In this document: positions 30,449 through 41,968 of the stretch, piece by piece
How positions within the stretch are numbered: position 1 is the stretch's first letter
Layout: each line of letters opens with the position of its first letter
NCBI GenBank assembly: GCA_963665815.1
Contig: OY762463.1
Location: 1,312,001-1,376,000, forward strand
Source of the DNA: Candidatus Cloacimonadales bacterium
GTDB taxonomy: Bacteria; Cloacimonadota; Cloacimonadia; Cloacimonadales; JAIOQZ01
DNA: 64,000 bases
Reading direction: 5' to 3'
The notes under the pieces: generated by a model
What the model saw: only the letters and a program-made list of their open reading frames with translations
Databases searched by the model: none
What the model was told of the DNA's origin: nothing
Program-made: the position numbers and the translations under genes

Positions 30449-32815
30449 CTATTTTAAAAGTATCGCTTTTCTGGTTTCAATATTTCTACCATTAACCATT
30501 AGACGATAAAGATATACTCCGCTTGCATGTTTATCTGCATTCCAGGTTTTTGTTCCACTCTGGATATCGGAGTTGTTAAGTTCCAATGTCTCTATTTTTT
30601 CACCTTTTATATTATATATTCCGATTGATGCTTTTTTAACATTCTTTTCTTTAATGCTGAATGCAAAGTTTGTTTCCGGATTAAAAGGATTTGGATAATT
30701 CTGATTAAGTGTATTTACATATGCAGGAACAAAATCATCTTCTACATTAAGAATTGATGAATTACCACTGACAATTTTTACTTTGTCTATAGTCCAGCCC
30801 GTATCACAGAGTCTGTGTTCTCTGTTAGCAATCTCACCAGATTCTGATTGATCTGTTAATCTGAACCTCATAAAGTAGTTTCCGCTATATGTATCAGGAA
30901 TTGGGACATAAACATCATTCCATGTATCATGTTTTCCGGAAATACTGTATATCGCTTCCCAGTTTGATCCGTCTGAAGATAACTCTACAGTACAGAAATC
31001 AAATTCAGGTTCAGTATAAACATGAGAGCTGAAGCATAAGATATTGCTTGCAGCTGAAAGATCTATAGCAGATACGGTTGTAATATCAACATCACAATTG
31101 GGAGCGTAAAAACCATCTCCGTCATCATGGCTATCTGTTACTGCCATTCCCTCTACAGCATTATCAACCAGTTCCCATGGACCGTTAACAGTCCATTGAG
31201 TAAGGTCAGTATTAAACATATCACTGAAAACAATATTCTCGGTATCAAGTTCAATTTCCATGTTTTTTGTAATAGAAACTGATGTAGAATCCCAATCTCT
31301 AATATTCAGTGTACCAACATAAGGATAATATCCATCTGCTCTGATTACCATGTCATAGATTCCTTCATAAGAATCAAAACTGAATGTTCCATTAGTAACA
31401 GCAATCGTATCATTATATACACCGCTAATAATTATTTCACCATCTATCGGAGTTCCTGATGACTCAAGAGTACCTGCAACAACAGCAGGTTTAGCCGGTT
31501 CAAGAGCTACTCTTACGGTTTTGTAGTTTGAGTTAACTGTTGCCGAAACCTGTTGAGTTTTATAACCCTCTTTACAAACTTCAATTGTGTAAGTACCTGA
31601 TGAAATAGGACGCCAGTGAATACCGTGAGGTAATCTTGTTTTTCTTGGAGTGAAATACGGTGAGTGTTTCTCAATGATTTTAACTTCAGCAATTAGAGGT
31701 TCATCTGTTTCACTGTCAGTTACTATTACTTTCAGCATTTCATGTGAAATTTCTTCAGTTTCAGTAGCTGGAGTAAAATTAAGAGCTTTGTTGATTAACC
31801 AGCGATTTCCTACAAGACAATTTTCAACATCAGTATACAGCTCTGTTGAATCAGGTTGATTCAATGCAGTTTCAATTGTCAGTTGAATTGTTCCATATTC
31901 TGCATAGAACCACTGAGTAGACTTACCAACTCTACCCTGAGAACCAGATGGCTGATAACTTGGAAGCTCACCTGACAGGTCAACAATTTTATGTGCCACT
32001 GTTTCACCGATTTCTGAACTTATATCGTAGTCCGGGCATCTTCTGTCAGGTAATCCGTTGAATTCCCATGGGAAGAATACTTTCTTGGAGAAATTACCTG
32101 TTCTTGATGAATGCCAGTTAATTGAATAAACTATACACTGCTCATCGCAGAATGCTTTAAGAGCTTGTAATTCACTCTCAGACATCGGAGCAGGTCCTCT
32201 ATAGTAATCATAAAGTTCAAAAGCATTACTGGAAAGGAATCTGTTTCCATGAATCCAACCGAAATCGTAATTCCTGTTCAGGTCAACGCCATCTTCATCG
32301 CTACCTTCCTGTACAATATATGAAAAAGTTCCATCATTGTTACAATCTCTTGTGTTTTTCCTGTATGTAACATCAAGACCGTCTCTTACAACAACATTAT
32401 GTCCCGCAGGATTTATTGTCGGAGCAATCCAGATTTCAAGATTCTCAATCCATTGTCTGTAAGGAGCAACGCCTCTGTTAGCAAGGATTTCTTTGAATAA
32501 TTCTACAGTTTCTTCAACACCTGTGATTTCCTCTGCATGACATTGTCCTACAAAAAGAAGCCCGGGTTCTCTATTATTTTCGTTTGAATCCACATTATCT
32601 GATATTTTCATCACTACAATTGGAACAGGATCAGACCATGGATTATCTTCTGAATATCCTAATGTGTCAAGCTTTGCTATATCGCTGTGTGCTGCAACAG
32701 AATCAGCCATTTCCTGCACAATTTCATCATAAGTATGATAATAAGCAGGAAGCACCGCCTGTGCACTGAGCATACAGCAAAGTCCAACAAATAAAATTAT
32801 TAAATAGGTTTTCAT
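30449..32815 (-). CDS. Secreted M14 zinc carboxypeptidase with C-terminal sorting domain
   Basis: [16 protein letters not shown] and TIET intact; QNYPNPFNP...KAILLK; start moved to ATG 32815. Confidence 0.9.
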   Translation of the reverse strand: MKTYLIILFVGLCCMLSAQAVLPAYYHTYDEIVQEMADSVAAHSDIAKLDTLGYSEDNPWSDPVPIVVMKISDNVDSNENNREPGLLFVGQCHAEEITGVEETVELFKEILANRGVAPYRQWIENLEIWIAPTINPAGHNVVVRDGLDVTYRKNTRDCNNDGTFSYIVQEGSDEDGVDLNRNYDFGWIHGNRFLSSNAFELYDYYRGPAPMSESELQALKAFCDEQCIVYSINWHSSRTGNFSKKVFFPWEFNGLPDRRCPDYDISSEIGETVAHKIVDLSGELPSYQPSGSQGRVGKSTQWFYAEYGTIQLTIETALNQPDSTELYTDVENCLVGNRWLINKALNFTPATETEEISHEMLKVIVTDSETDEPLIAEVKIIEKHSPYFTPRKTRLPHGIHWRPISSGTYTIEVCKEGYKTQQVSATVNSNYKTVRVALEPAKPAVVAGTLESSGTPIDGEIIISGVYNDTIAVTNGTFSFDSYEGIYDMVIRADGYYPYVGTLNIRDWDSTSVSITKNMEIELDTENIVFSDMFNTDLTQWTVNGPWELVDNAVEGMAVTDSHDDGDGFYAPNCDVDITTVSAIDLSAASNILCFSSHVYTEPEFDFCTVELSSDGSNWEAIYSISGKHDTWNDVYVPIPDTYSGNYFMRFRLTDQSESGEIANREHRLCDTGWTIDKVKIVSGNSSILNVEDDFVPAYVNTLNQNYPNPFNPETNFAFSIKEKNVKKASIGIYNIKGEKIETLELNNSDIQSGTKTWNADKHASGVYLYRLMVNGRNIETRKAILLK

Positions 32816-32845
32816 TTTTGCCTCTTGTAATTCCATTTAACAAAA

Positions 32846-32865
32846 GAGGGAGAATTATCTCCCTC
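32846..32865 (-). terminator. Intra-cluster hairpin/terminator
   Basis: GAGGGAGA-ATTA-TCTCCCTC followed by TTTTGTT on the minus strand. Confidence 0.65.
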
Positions 32866-32881
32866 CCAATAATATATATTA

Positions 32882-35800
32882 CTATTTAAGTAACAGCATT
32901 TTTTTAACTTCAGTTTTCTCATTTGTGTTGAGTTTGTAGAAATACATTCCTGATGCAACAGGTTTATCGTTATCATCTACACCTTTCCAGGTAATACTGT
33001 AGTTATCTGCTTCCAGTTGACCTTTCACAAGAGTTTTTACTTTCTGACCTTTAATGTTATATACACTGAGTTCAACATCACCTGTTCTCTTAATTGAGAA
33101 ATCTATGTTTGTTTCAGGATTGAAAGGATTAGGATAGTTTTGTCCAAGTGTGAAATCAGCACTATTTACATCTTCAGTTGTTGGAACACCATCAAACTGC
33201 ACTCTCTGAGCAAAAATGTTAATAGCATCATCTTTACCACTTGCCCTTGCATCAAGCCATCCGATAAGAGCATAAGCATTACTTCTTGTATTTTCCATTA
33301 CTCTTACAACTCGAGGTTCTTTTTGATCGCGGTAAGCATCACAGATAACCAATTCATCTCTGTATGTATCACCTGTATTACCATAATCTTTGATCATGTT
33401 AGCCTTGATATCGCCATATGAGCTTTGATAGTCAGCCCAGCAGGCTAAAACTTTTTCTTCGTATTGTAGCATTACAAGTTCAGATTGGGATGAATCAGCC
33501 TGAGCAAACATTACATCATTATCCCAAGCAGGAGTAATTGATGTTCCGGTGATATTGAATTTCTGCATTGCAATATCATTATCTGCTCCATTTCTGAAGT
33601 CAACCCAGCCAAGATAAAGATCATTTCCGTTAGCAACGAGTTTTGCAGAATACTGGTCATTAAGGAATTCAACAAGTGGAGTTCCATCAACACCATTCCA
33701 GTCTAAACTTACGGTTGTTCCGTCTTCAGTTAACAGATTAGCATAAATATCTTTGTCACCATTGTCATTTCTTGAATCTTCCCAGTATACAATGAGTCCA
33801 AGATCGTGTTCAATAGCCTTAATCTTTCTCTGAATAATCATATCGTCATCATCAATTGTGCTGTCCCAGGAAACCTTTACAGGTTCTGGCCATACAGTAG
33901 TCATTGTTGAATAATCCATCTTTTGAACATAAACATCATCATCTGTTTTGAAAAGGAAATATTCACCAACAATATCACTGAGGATCGCATCGTATTTTGT
34001 TCCATTTTCAATTATTTCAGCTACAAGAACACCCTGATCATCGTTTACGGTACCGTTTGTAATTTTCTGTGCAAAAATCTTATAAATCATCACACCAAAT
34101 CCTTCTCGAACCATGTTTGACCAGCCAATAACTGTTGAGCCATCATCAAGCATTATTATCTTAGCATGATCCTGATCGTAGTTTCTTGTACTGACTTCAA
34201 CAGGAGTATTTCCCCAGAGAGGATCTCCATTACTATCTATTGCCTGAGCAAATATTTTTGGATATCCAAGTCCTCCACCTCTACATTCAAATACAGTTTC
34301 AATTCCACCGTTTGCGTCCGCAACAACAGCAGCGTTTGACTGATTATATCCCATGTCAGAAGTAAATGGTTTGCCTTGTTCATAAGCTCCATCACCAGAT
34401 TGATCGTCTATAAATTGTTTTGATCCATCTGCTGGATCAAGATATTGAACGTATAATCTTGAACCGGTAATATGTCTTGGATCTATCCATGTAAAAGCAA
34501 CTTTTCCATCAGATAAATTAGTCAGTTCCAGTTCAGATACGTTCCCGTCAATTTGCCATTCAACAAGATTACCATCAGAGTTAAACCCTGCTGCAGGAGA
34601 ACCGTTTGTATCAATAACAATTGAGTAAAGGCCATTTGATCCGTTTCTTGCATCAAGCCATACAGCTGATACATTACCATTGGCAGATGCTCTCAGGAGT
34701 CCATCTCCCTGTCTTCCAGGAGAAGAACTTAAAGCAATACCGTCTGCAGCAAATACAGGATTTCCTGATGAATCGATTCTTTGGAGAAATACATCTGAAT
34801 CTGCTGATCCGTTTCTGTAATCATCCCAGATAACATAAACATCGCCACTTGTTCCAGCAGCAAGCCTTGGTTGCTCCTGGTGACCGCTTGCACTACAAAC
34901 TACAACACCATCAGCATTCCAGTTAAGAGTACCGTCTGACGCTACAGCCTGAATAAATATATCTCTTTCACTTGTTGTGTCCATGGTTAATCTTCTATCT
35001 TGCCATGCTACGTACATTATTCCGTTACCGTCTGTTGCAACACGAGGATTTTCCTGAATAGCAGGTCCTACATAAAGAGGCATTCCCTGTGGATATGCAG
35101 ATATGACTTTATTTCCTTGAAGATCAAGAATTTGAGCATAAATATCTCCACTGTTTTCGTTTCTTCTGTCTCTCCACGCAATACCGTAAGTATCGTTACC
35201 AAGATTAATAAGCTTTGCAGACTCCTGAATTGCGTCCTGACCGGTAGATGATGTTGCGTCACAAAGAACGATATATCCGTCTGTTCCACCCCAGAGCATA
35301 CTTCCGTCAGCACCAAATCTTCTTGCATAGAGATCACTGTCACTTGTCACCTGACGGTAAATCACAACAGCTCCACCATGTCCGTCTTTTCGGAATGTGT
35401 GTGAAGTCTGAATGTCTTGTCCACCAGCAACAGGCATACCTGTAGCTGTCCAGAGGTTAGCTCCGGTGTTATCAATATGAGCACCATAAATATCTGTACT
35501 GTTTCCAGGATTTCTCTGGTCATTCCATATAAGGAATACACCACCATTATCATCAGAAACAATATTCAGTGAAATCTGAATAAAATTGTCTTCAACAATA
35601 ACAATACCGCCATCATCATTATCATGCCATTGAAGATTTCCGTTAATATCAAGCATTTGAGTCCTGATATCACCTTTATCACTGTTTCTGAAATCAATCC
35701 AGGCAAAAATCAGATTATCTTCTGATGTTGCCATTACAACCGGATCTTCCTGTCTTCCATGTTTTCCACATACAAGAACGGATTCTCCGTTGTTCCACAT

Positions 35801-36028
35801 GTTTGTGCCATCCACTCCAACTCTCTGAGCATAAACATCTCTGTCACCGTTTCTGGTGTCTGACCATGTATATACTGTTGATCCGTCTGATAAACGTGTT
35901 GCAGATCTGTACCATTCAATATAGCCATTCTGCCTGATTTGAATTCCATTGTCCTGCCAGTTACTAACTAAACCGAAAAGACAAGAACTCACGATTAATA
36001 AAGTTGCCATAATTACAGCAATTCGCAT
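32882..36028 (-). CDS. Secreted WxDxR-repeat (probable beta-propeller) protein with C-terminal sorting domain
   Basis: About 12 W-x-D-x-R(N)...D[IV][YF]xQ repeats; [10 protein letters not shown]...KMLLLK. Confidence 0.85.
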   Translation of the reverse strand: MRIAVIMATLLIVSSCLFGLVSNWQDNGIQIRQNGYIEWYRSATRLSDGSTVYTWSDTRNGDRDVYAQRVGVDGTNMWNNGESVLVCGKHGRQEDPVVMATSEDNLIFAWIDFRNSDKGDIRTQMLDINGNLQWHDNDDGGIVIVEDNFIQISLNIVSDDNGGVFLIWNDQRNPGNSTDIYGAHIDNTGANLWTATGMPVAGGQDIQTSHTFRKDGHGGAVVIYRQVTSDSDLYARRFGADGSMLWGGTDGYIVLCDATSSTGQDAIQESAKLINLGNDTYGIAWRDRRNENSGDIYAQILDLQGNKVISAYPQGMPLYVGPAIQENPRVATDGNGIMYVAWQDRRLTMDTTSERDIFIQAVASDGTLNWNADGVVVCSASGHQEQPRLAAGTSGDVYVIWDDYRNGSADSDVFLQRIDSSGNPVFAADGIALSSSPGRQGDGLLRASANGNVSAVWLDARNGSNGLYSIVIDTNGSPAAGFNSDGNLVEWQIDGNVSELELTNLSDGKVAFTWIDPRHITGSRLYVQYLDPADGSKQFIDDQSGDGAYEQGKPFTSDMGYNQSNAAVVADANGGIETVFECRGGGLGYPKIFAQAIDSNGDPLWGNTPVEVSTRNYDQDHAKIIMLDDGSTVIGWSNMVREGFGVMIYKIFAQKITNGTVNDDQGVLVAEIIENGTKYDAILSDIVGEYFLFKTDDDVYVQKMDYSTMTTVWPEPVKVSWDSTIDDDDMIIQRKIKAIEHDLGLIVYWEDSRNDNGDKDIYANLLTEDGTTVSLDWNGVDGTPLVEFLNDQYSAKLVANGNDLYLGWVDFRNGADNDIAMQKFNITGTSITPAWDNDVMFAQADSSQSELVMLQYEEKVLACWADYQSSYGDIKANMIKDYGNTGDTYRDELVICDAYRDQKEPRVVRVMENTRSNAYALIGWLDARASGKDDAINIFAQRVQFDGVPTTEDVNSADFTLGQNYPNPFNPETNIDFSIKRTGDVELSVYNIKGQKVKTLVKGQLEADNYSITWKGVDDNDKPVASGMYFYKLNTNEKTEVKKMLLLK

Positions 36029-36338
36029 AGTGATTCCTCCGTAGTTAATTTTATACTTGTTATGTTATAGTTTTTTAAAAAACTTAAATCTTTTTCCGTG
36101 ATAATCAAACCTTTATTTTCTAATATTTATCGTTGCAAAATCGGTTAATTTCGGTTATGATATTACTAAGCAATTTTCAAACCGAAAATTTAGTCAAAAA
36201 AACAGTAATTATTAAAAAATTGACAACAATAAAATTAAAAAAATGTTGTTCTAATGTATTCTAATTGGAATAGTTCGTGAGTTATAACACTCACATGAAA
36301 GAAGTTAACACCTTAAAATGAATGGCGGATAATTATTT

Positions 36339-37376
36339 ATGAATAACTTAAAATGGATCAATATCACATTAGGAATTATTTCTATGGCTATCATAGTTAC
36401 TATCCTGCAAAAGCTACAGGCAATATTTATACCCCTGACTTTTGCAATAATTCTCGCCTTCCTCTTTACACCGTTCGAAAACTTACTCATCAGAAAGAAA
36501 TTTCCACGTTTTCTTACTGCAATAATTCTTATTCTTGTAATTTTCGTGTCTCTTACTGCTGTGGGTACTCTTGTTTATACCGGATTAGCTTCTTTCAGAA
36601 ATGATTTCTCAGAATATGAGATGAAAATCGTTAATACAATTAACGACCTTTCTGCAAGATTCGAACTACCTCTCGACAGCGTTAAAAAATACATTGAAGA
36701 CGAAGTTGACTGGCAGGAAGTTTTTGATAAAGTTCCGGTTACAAGATATATTACTAAGACGATGGGTACATTCGTAGATTTTGTTGTTAAGCTTATCCTG
36801 ACGATCGTACTTTTTATGTTCATAATGGCAGGAAAAAACAGATTAGGTGTAAGAATGGAAAAAATACTTACACTTGAAGAAGTAGAGCACTCCAGCCATA
36901 TTATAAATAAAGTTAAAACACAGATTATCAGGTATTTATTCAGTAAAACCATTATCAGTTTGTCAACTGCGTTGACAGGTATGTTTTTTGTCTACATATT
37001 TGGTATTGACTTCGTGATTGTATCCGGGCTTCTACTATTCCTGTTAAATTTCATACCGAACTTCGGTTCCATTATGGCTTCATTATTCCCTATTACCGTT
37101 TGCCTTTTCCAATATGGCTTTGGCTGGCAGTTGTTTGCTATAATAGGTGCTATGATTCTTATACAGATGGCTTTTGGAGTAATCATAGAACCTAAGTATT
37201 TTGGTTCAGAACTGAACATATCTCCTGTTCTCATACTTTCAGCATTGATTTTCTGGGCTTGGGTCTGGGGACCTGTCGGCATGTTTCTCGCTGTTCCTCT
37301 TACTGCAACAATGAATATTATTTTCAAGGAATTCAAGACATTCGAAATTGTATCCGCCCTGATAAGTGATGATTAA
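36339..37376 (+). CDS. AI-2E family transporter
   Basis: Multi-TM; LNFIPNFGS, IEPKYFG, WGPVGMFLAVP. Confidence 0.9.
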   Translation: MNNLKWINITLGIISMAIIVTILQKLQAIFIPLTFAIILAFLFTPFENLLIRKKFPRFLTAIILILVIFVSLTAVGTLVYTGLASFRNDFSEYEMKIVNTINDLSARFELPLDSVKKYIEDEVDWQEVFDKVPVTRYITKTMGTFVDFVVKLILTIVLFMFIMAGKNRLGVRMEKILTLEEVEHSSHIINKVKTQIIRYLFSKTIISLSTALTGMFFVYIFGIDFVIVSGLLLFLLNFIPNFGSIMASLFPITVCLFQYGFGWQLFAIIGAMILIQMAFGVIIEPKYFGSELNISPVLILSALIFWAWVWGPVGMFLAVPLTATMNIIFKEFKTFEIVSALISDD

Positions 37377-37385
37377 AGGAATAAT

Positions 37386-38636
37386 ATGGCTGTAAAAATA
37401 AAATCCGTTTCAAGTGATTGTATTGCATATGAAAGTGGTATCAGAAAAGGCGATTTTATAATTGAGATAAATGGAAATGCTGTGGAAAACTTCATAGACT
37501 TTCAATATTATACAAGCACAAATGATCTCACAATTAATATCAGAAGAGGAATCGAAAACCTTACAATTGAGTTCGAACGAGACTGGGAAGATGTTCTTGG
37601 AATAGAACTGGAGGATCACAGATGCAGAACCTGTATAAACAAATGTATATTCTGTTTCATTGATCAAATGCCGCCCGGTGTTCGTGACAGCCTGCATGTA
37701 AAAGACGATGACCATCTATTCTCATTCGTTTTTGGGAATTTTATCACTCTTACTAATATCACAAACAGAGATATTGATAAAATCATAAACCAGAACCTTA
37801 ACCCTCTTTATGTATCTGTTCATACAACAAACCCCGAGCTGCATAAAAAAATGCTGAGGTACAACAAAGACTTTGATATTCTCGACACACTTGAGTTTCT
37901 CGACAGTAATATGATTGATATGCATACACAGATTGTAGTTGTTCCCGGATGGAATGATGGAAAAGAACTCGAGTACACAATCAACACATTGACTGATTTG
38001 GAGTCTGTACTCTCCATTGGTATCGTTCCTGTCGGGCTTACAAAATTCCGAGATAGACTGACTCATCTGAATAATGTAGATAAAGATAGTGCCCTTGAAA
38101 TTCTGAATATTGTTAACAGAATAAGAAATGCAAAGAATGTTGATTATATCTGGCCTTCCGATGAGATATTTCTGCTGGCAGAACAATCACTCCCCGGTGC
38201 AGATTTTTATCAAGATTACAGTCAATTAGAAAATGGTATTGGTATGATCAGATTGTTTACTGAAAACTGGAACGAAAACCTGCAAGAATTCAGGAGCTTC
38301 ATGACTGAAACAGGTAAAATTCCACATTTTGTAACAGGTAAACTTTTCTTCAATACTCTGAGAGACCTGGTAAATATAGCTGATGTAAACTGGCAGTGCA
38401 GTTATATATCCAACAAGTATCTCGGAGAAATGGTTACTGTTGCAGGGCTTATCAGCAGTGTAGATTTACTTGATCAAGTTACATTATCTGAGAACGAAAT
38501 TCTTGTATTACCTTCCAATATGTTCAATCCGGATGGATACACGATTGATGGATTACATGAAAACAAGCTTTTGGAGAAATTCGGCAGCTACATTATTGCA
38601 GATGAACAGTTCAGTCAATGGATGCTGATTAATTAG
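37386..38636 (+). CDS. PDZ + radical-SAM-like DUF512 protein
   Basis: N-terminal PDZ-like segment, CINKCIFCFIDQ, KDDD, SVHTTNP, QLENGIG. Confidence 0.88.
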   Translation: MAVKIKSVSSDCIAYESGIRKGDFIIEINGNAVENFIDFQYYTSTNDLTINIRRGIENLTIEFERDWEDVLGIELEDHRCRTCINKCIFCFIDQMPPGVRDSLHVKDDDHLFSFVFGNFITLTNITNRDIDKIINQNLNPLYVSVHTTNPELHKKMLRYNKDFDILDTLEFLDSNMIDMHTQIVVVPGWNDGKELEYTINTLTDLESVLSIGIVPVGLTKFRDRLTHLNNVDKDSALEILNIVNRIRNAKNVDYIWPSDEIFLLAEQSLPGADFYQDYSQLENGIGMIRLFTENWNENLQEFRSFMTETGKIPHFVTGKLFFNTLRDLVNIADVNWQCSYISNKYLGEMVTVAGLISSVDLLDQVTLSENEILVLPSNMFNPDGYTIDGLHENKLLEKFGSYIIADEQFSQWMLIN

Positions 38637-38842
38637 TTTTTTTAAGTCAGTATTATTTCTGATCTTAACGTGTTACAAAAGATTTTTTTAACAAATATAT
38701 TGACTAATAACCAATTCTGAGAATCCTTCAGGAAGATTTGCAGTTCACATTACTAACCATGTGTTCAATAGAAAGAAATGCATGTGCGTTTGTAAACCAA
38801 TATGATTACTGTGCAAATATTATGAGAAAATGGAGGTGTTGA

Positions 38843-41800
38843 ATGGATTTCAAAGTAGTAGAATATAATGACTCTTATGCGGAAAAAGTGGCAGATATGT
38901 GGATTAACAGTAAAGAAGGCTGGAATGGACAGATAATGTTCGACTCGGCAGATGCTGTTATCAGGGAAGAAAAATCTACTGCCAGACTTAAACTATGGCT
39001 TGCGATTATTGACAACAAAGTAGCAGGATACTGCAGAATATCAAAATATGCTGCAGAAGATGCTCTTTATATAGGATTGTTAAATGTCAGAACAGAGTTT
39101 CAAGGCAATAAAATTGGAAAAAAGCTTTTGCTCAGGGCAATAGAAGAAGCAGGAAATAGAGGCCACTCAAGAATAGACCTTCATACATGGCCAGGAAACA
39201 TTTCAGCTGTCCCACTGTATAAGAAATGTGGATTCATGTGGGAGAAATCTAACAGAGGAACACATTTGTTTAACCTTATACCGGGTTTCGTAAAAACTGA
39301 ATTGTTCAAAGACTTTTTCGAAGATATTGACTGGTATTCCGACAGTACACGTGAAATTAAAGTTGAACCGGATGAATTAAAAGAAGAAGACTTGAAGTAT
39401 TTCGTCTATAGATGGGATAAAAACAAGAAGTTTCTTGAACTGGAAGTCAACAAATTTGGACGAAGCATTCACGCAGTGAAAACAAATGGTTTGAGTCTTC
39501 GGTTAAATATTGAAAATCCTGTATGCGTTATAGGTTCAACCAACAAGTTCTCAATAGATATCGAAAACACTTCAGAAAAACCTATTGATCTCGGAGTTGA
39601 GAGTGTTTCTTCTGAAAGTATAAAATGTGATTATTCGGAGAAGACAATTGTTGATAGCAGTGCAAAACTATCAGGAGAGTTTACAGTCAATCCGACCGAT
39701 AATGAAGATATGGACTTCGATGTATTCAAAAAACTGGAGCTTAAAGTAAAGGTTAATGGAAAATCGGTTGTACTCTCCACAGGTATTAAAAGAAAATTCG
39801 CAGCAACTTTTAGTTTTGAAGGAGCAAAATCTGTCCACAGACACAGTGACAAATGCCATGGCTATGTAACTGTGAATAATCCAGGGAAACAGGAAATGAA
39901 CTGTATATTCACTTTGCCACAGACAGATGTTGTAAAATTCAGTGATAGTGAATTAAACATACATATCCCTGCCGAGAGCAAATATATCATGGAATGTGAT
40001 TATGAAGTCATTAAAGGTGGATACGAAGTATCATATTTTCCGGTGAAGACGACATACTCCGATGGAAGAAAATTTGAGTTTAAAGGTAAGCTTGAGTTAG
40101 GTGTTCAAACCCTGACAGATTGTGCATCCGGTACTAATCGTTATTCTCATTTTGCATTAACCGGTCAGATACGAAGTTATCTTTCAATTGAAAACAGAAA
40201 GAATATCTTTGAGCTTGGTACTAGAATAGGCTCTCAGTATATAAGAATGCCACATCCGGCATTGGGTCTTCCTTACTCGGATGAGTTTCAGAATATTTTA
40301 CCGGAAAATGTTGATATCAGAGAAATACAAGGTGGATCTGAATGGGAGATCGTGTATCTTTCTAAAGCTTACGAGAATGTATCTCTTATTCGTAGACTTA
40401 AAGTATATACTTCTGGTTTGGCAGAGCAATCCTGGACTGTGATAAACAAAGGTAAAACCTCAATCAAGAAGCTTTACATTCAGGATGAATTTATAACTAA
40501 AGATTTTACAGCCGTTCCAATAGATGACAAAGTACTGATATTAAACGAAGAAGATCGTGTTCAATTTGAAAATATCAAAAGTGACAGAATTACTTCCAAC
40601 TGGTTGTTCTGCAAGAAAGAAAAAGGGAGTACAGGTATATCCTGGAGCAAGGAAAAATCAATTGAGTTCGGTGACTGGTATATTACAATGAATCAGATTA
40701 TTGAGGAACTTAAACCAGGAAAAGCTGTTGATTTAACATCTTTCAGCTATTATTTCAATATGTTTTATGATTACAAGGGATTCTCCAATTTCGTTACAGG
40801 AGAAACTTCTAAACAGCAGGAGATCTATCTACAGGATTTTGCTCCGTCAATGAAACATCCTGTATTGAAAGGGAATTCACTTAAATACGGTCTTTCCGTT
40901 CCGGTTCTATCTCCGGGAAAAGTTATGGTCAAAGTAAACAACCGGCAAATCTGTGAGATCAATCTTGATGATAAAACTAATTCCTGCGAGTTTAAATCTG
41001 ATTTGAAAGAACCAGGCATTGTAACAACAGAATTTAAAAAATCTGATGCAACATATACTAACTCTTATCTTATGCTCCCATATATAAACAAAGAAGTTAA
41101 AAACAAGGCTGAAGACAATAAATTAACCGTGGACAATGGCTGTCTGGAGTTCAGTTCAGACAAAGATTTTGCGCCTGTGATTCACTCATGTAAGCACAAT
41201 GGTAAAGAATGGATTGATTCATCCTATCCTGAGCTTTGTCCAAAAGGCTGGGATAATCCATGGAGTGGTGGTTTTACTGCAATGCCGGCAGGATTTAGAA
41301 CTTCCCATTTACTTGAACAGGAGAACTCAGCAGAATTTTGCAAGCTGAAGGATTCTTATGGAATCACCTGGGAAGGAATCAAAATCATAACAAAGTTTAA
41401 TGATGATTCCGAATTCAGAAAGATGAATCTGGAAACCTTTTATCTTACCTTACCTGAAATGCCAATACTCGTCCAATTATGCCGACTTGTGTCTTCACCA
41501 TATAATAGAGGTCATAATCGATTTATTCTGGGATCTCTGGATCTATCAAATAATGACGGAAAGTTCGAATTATCAACTGCTATGACAAAAGTAGATTCTT
41601 TTAACTATTCTACCAGATTTGACTCAAAAGACATTCTGACGCTCAGCCATACTGATTGCAGCACAAACGCATTCTTTTACAGTACAAATGATGAGTCATA
41701 TCCATTTGTCATGAAAGACATGATCAGCCTGAATGCCGGAAGAATATTCCATGAGATTGAACCGGATTCTAAGCTGAGTAAAATCCTGTCTGTATTGTTC

Positions 41801-41869
41801 TTCTCTGATCTTGATCTTAAAAAGGAAGATTTCAGTCTGTTCAAGAATCTGGAATTCTTCATGCAGTAG
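38843..41869 (+). CDS. GNAT acetyltransferase with long beta-rich C-terminal region
   Basis: FQGNKIGK, LHTWPGNISAVPLYKKCGF; GGAGG RBS. Confidence 0.8.
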   Translation: MDFKVVEYNDSYAEKVADMWINSKEGWNGQIMFDSADAVIREEKSTARLKLWLAIIDNKVAGYCRISKYAAEDALYIGLLNVRTEFQGNKIGKKLLLRAIEEAGNRGHSRIDLHTWPGNISAVPLYKKCGFMWEKSNRGTHLFNLIPGFVKTELFKDFFEDIDWYSDSTREIKVEPDELKEEDLKYFVYRWDKNKKFLELEVNKFGRSIHAVKTNGLSLRLNIENPVCVIGSTNKFSIDIENTSEKPIDLGVESVSSESIKCDYSEKTIVDSSAKLSGEFTVNPTDNEDMDFDVFKKLELKVKVNGKSVVLSTGIKRKFAATFSFEGAKSVHRHSDKCHGYVTVNNPGKQEMNCIFTLPQTDVVKFSDSELNIHIPAESKYIMECDYEVIKGGYEVSYFPVKTTYSDGRKFEFKGKLELGVQTLTDCASGTNRYSHFALTGQIRSYLSIENRKNIFELGTRIGSQYIRMPHPALGLPYSDEFQNILPENVDIREIQGGSEWEIVYLSKAYENVSLIRRLKVYTSGLAEQSWTVINKGKTSIKKLYIQDEFITKDFTAVPIDDKVLILNEEDRVQFENIKSDRITSNWLFCKKEKGSTGISWSKEKSIEFGDWYITMNQIIEELKPGKAVDLTSFSYYFNMFYDYKGFSNFVTGETSKQQEIYLQDFAPSMKHPVLKGNSLKYGLSVPVLSPGKVMVKVNNRQICEINLDDKTNSCEFKSDLKEPGIVTTEFKKSDATYTNSYLMLPYINKEVKNKAEDNKLTVDNGCLEFSSDKDFAPVIHSCKHNGKEWIDSSYPELCPKGWDNPWSGGFTAMPAGFRTSHLLEQENSAEFCKLKDSYGITWEGIKIITKFNDDSEFRKMNLETFYLTLPEMPILVQLCRLVSSPYNRGHNRFILGSLDLSNNDGKFELSTAMTKVDSFNYSTRFDSKDILTLSHTDCSTNAFFYSTNDESYPFVMKDMISLNAGRIFHEIEPDSKLSKILSVLFFSDLDLKKEDFSLFKNLEFFMQ

Positions 41870-41968
41870 ACTATTTTGAGACCCGGGTTGTTCCTGATTA
41901 TGTTTGGAATGAACCGGGTTGATTATTTTAGTAATGTCAAACGAAAGTCAGCATTAACTCAGAATAAA

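Noticed and set aside
36277..36294. Palindrome GTGAG-TTATAACA-CTCAC before the AI-2E transporter
   Set aside because: Single short occurrence with no linked regulator
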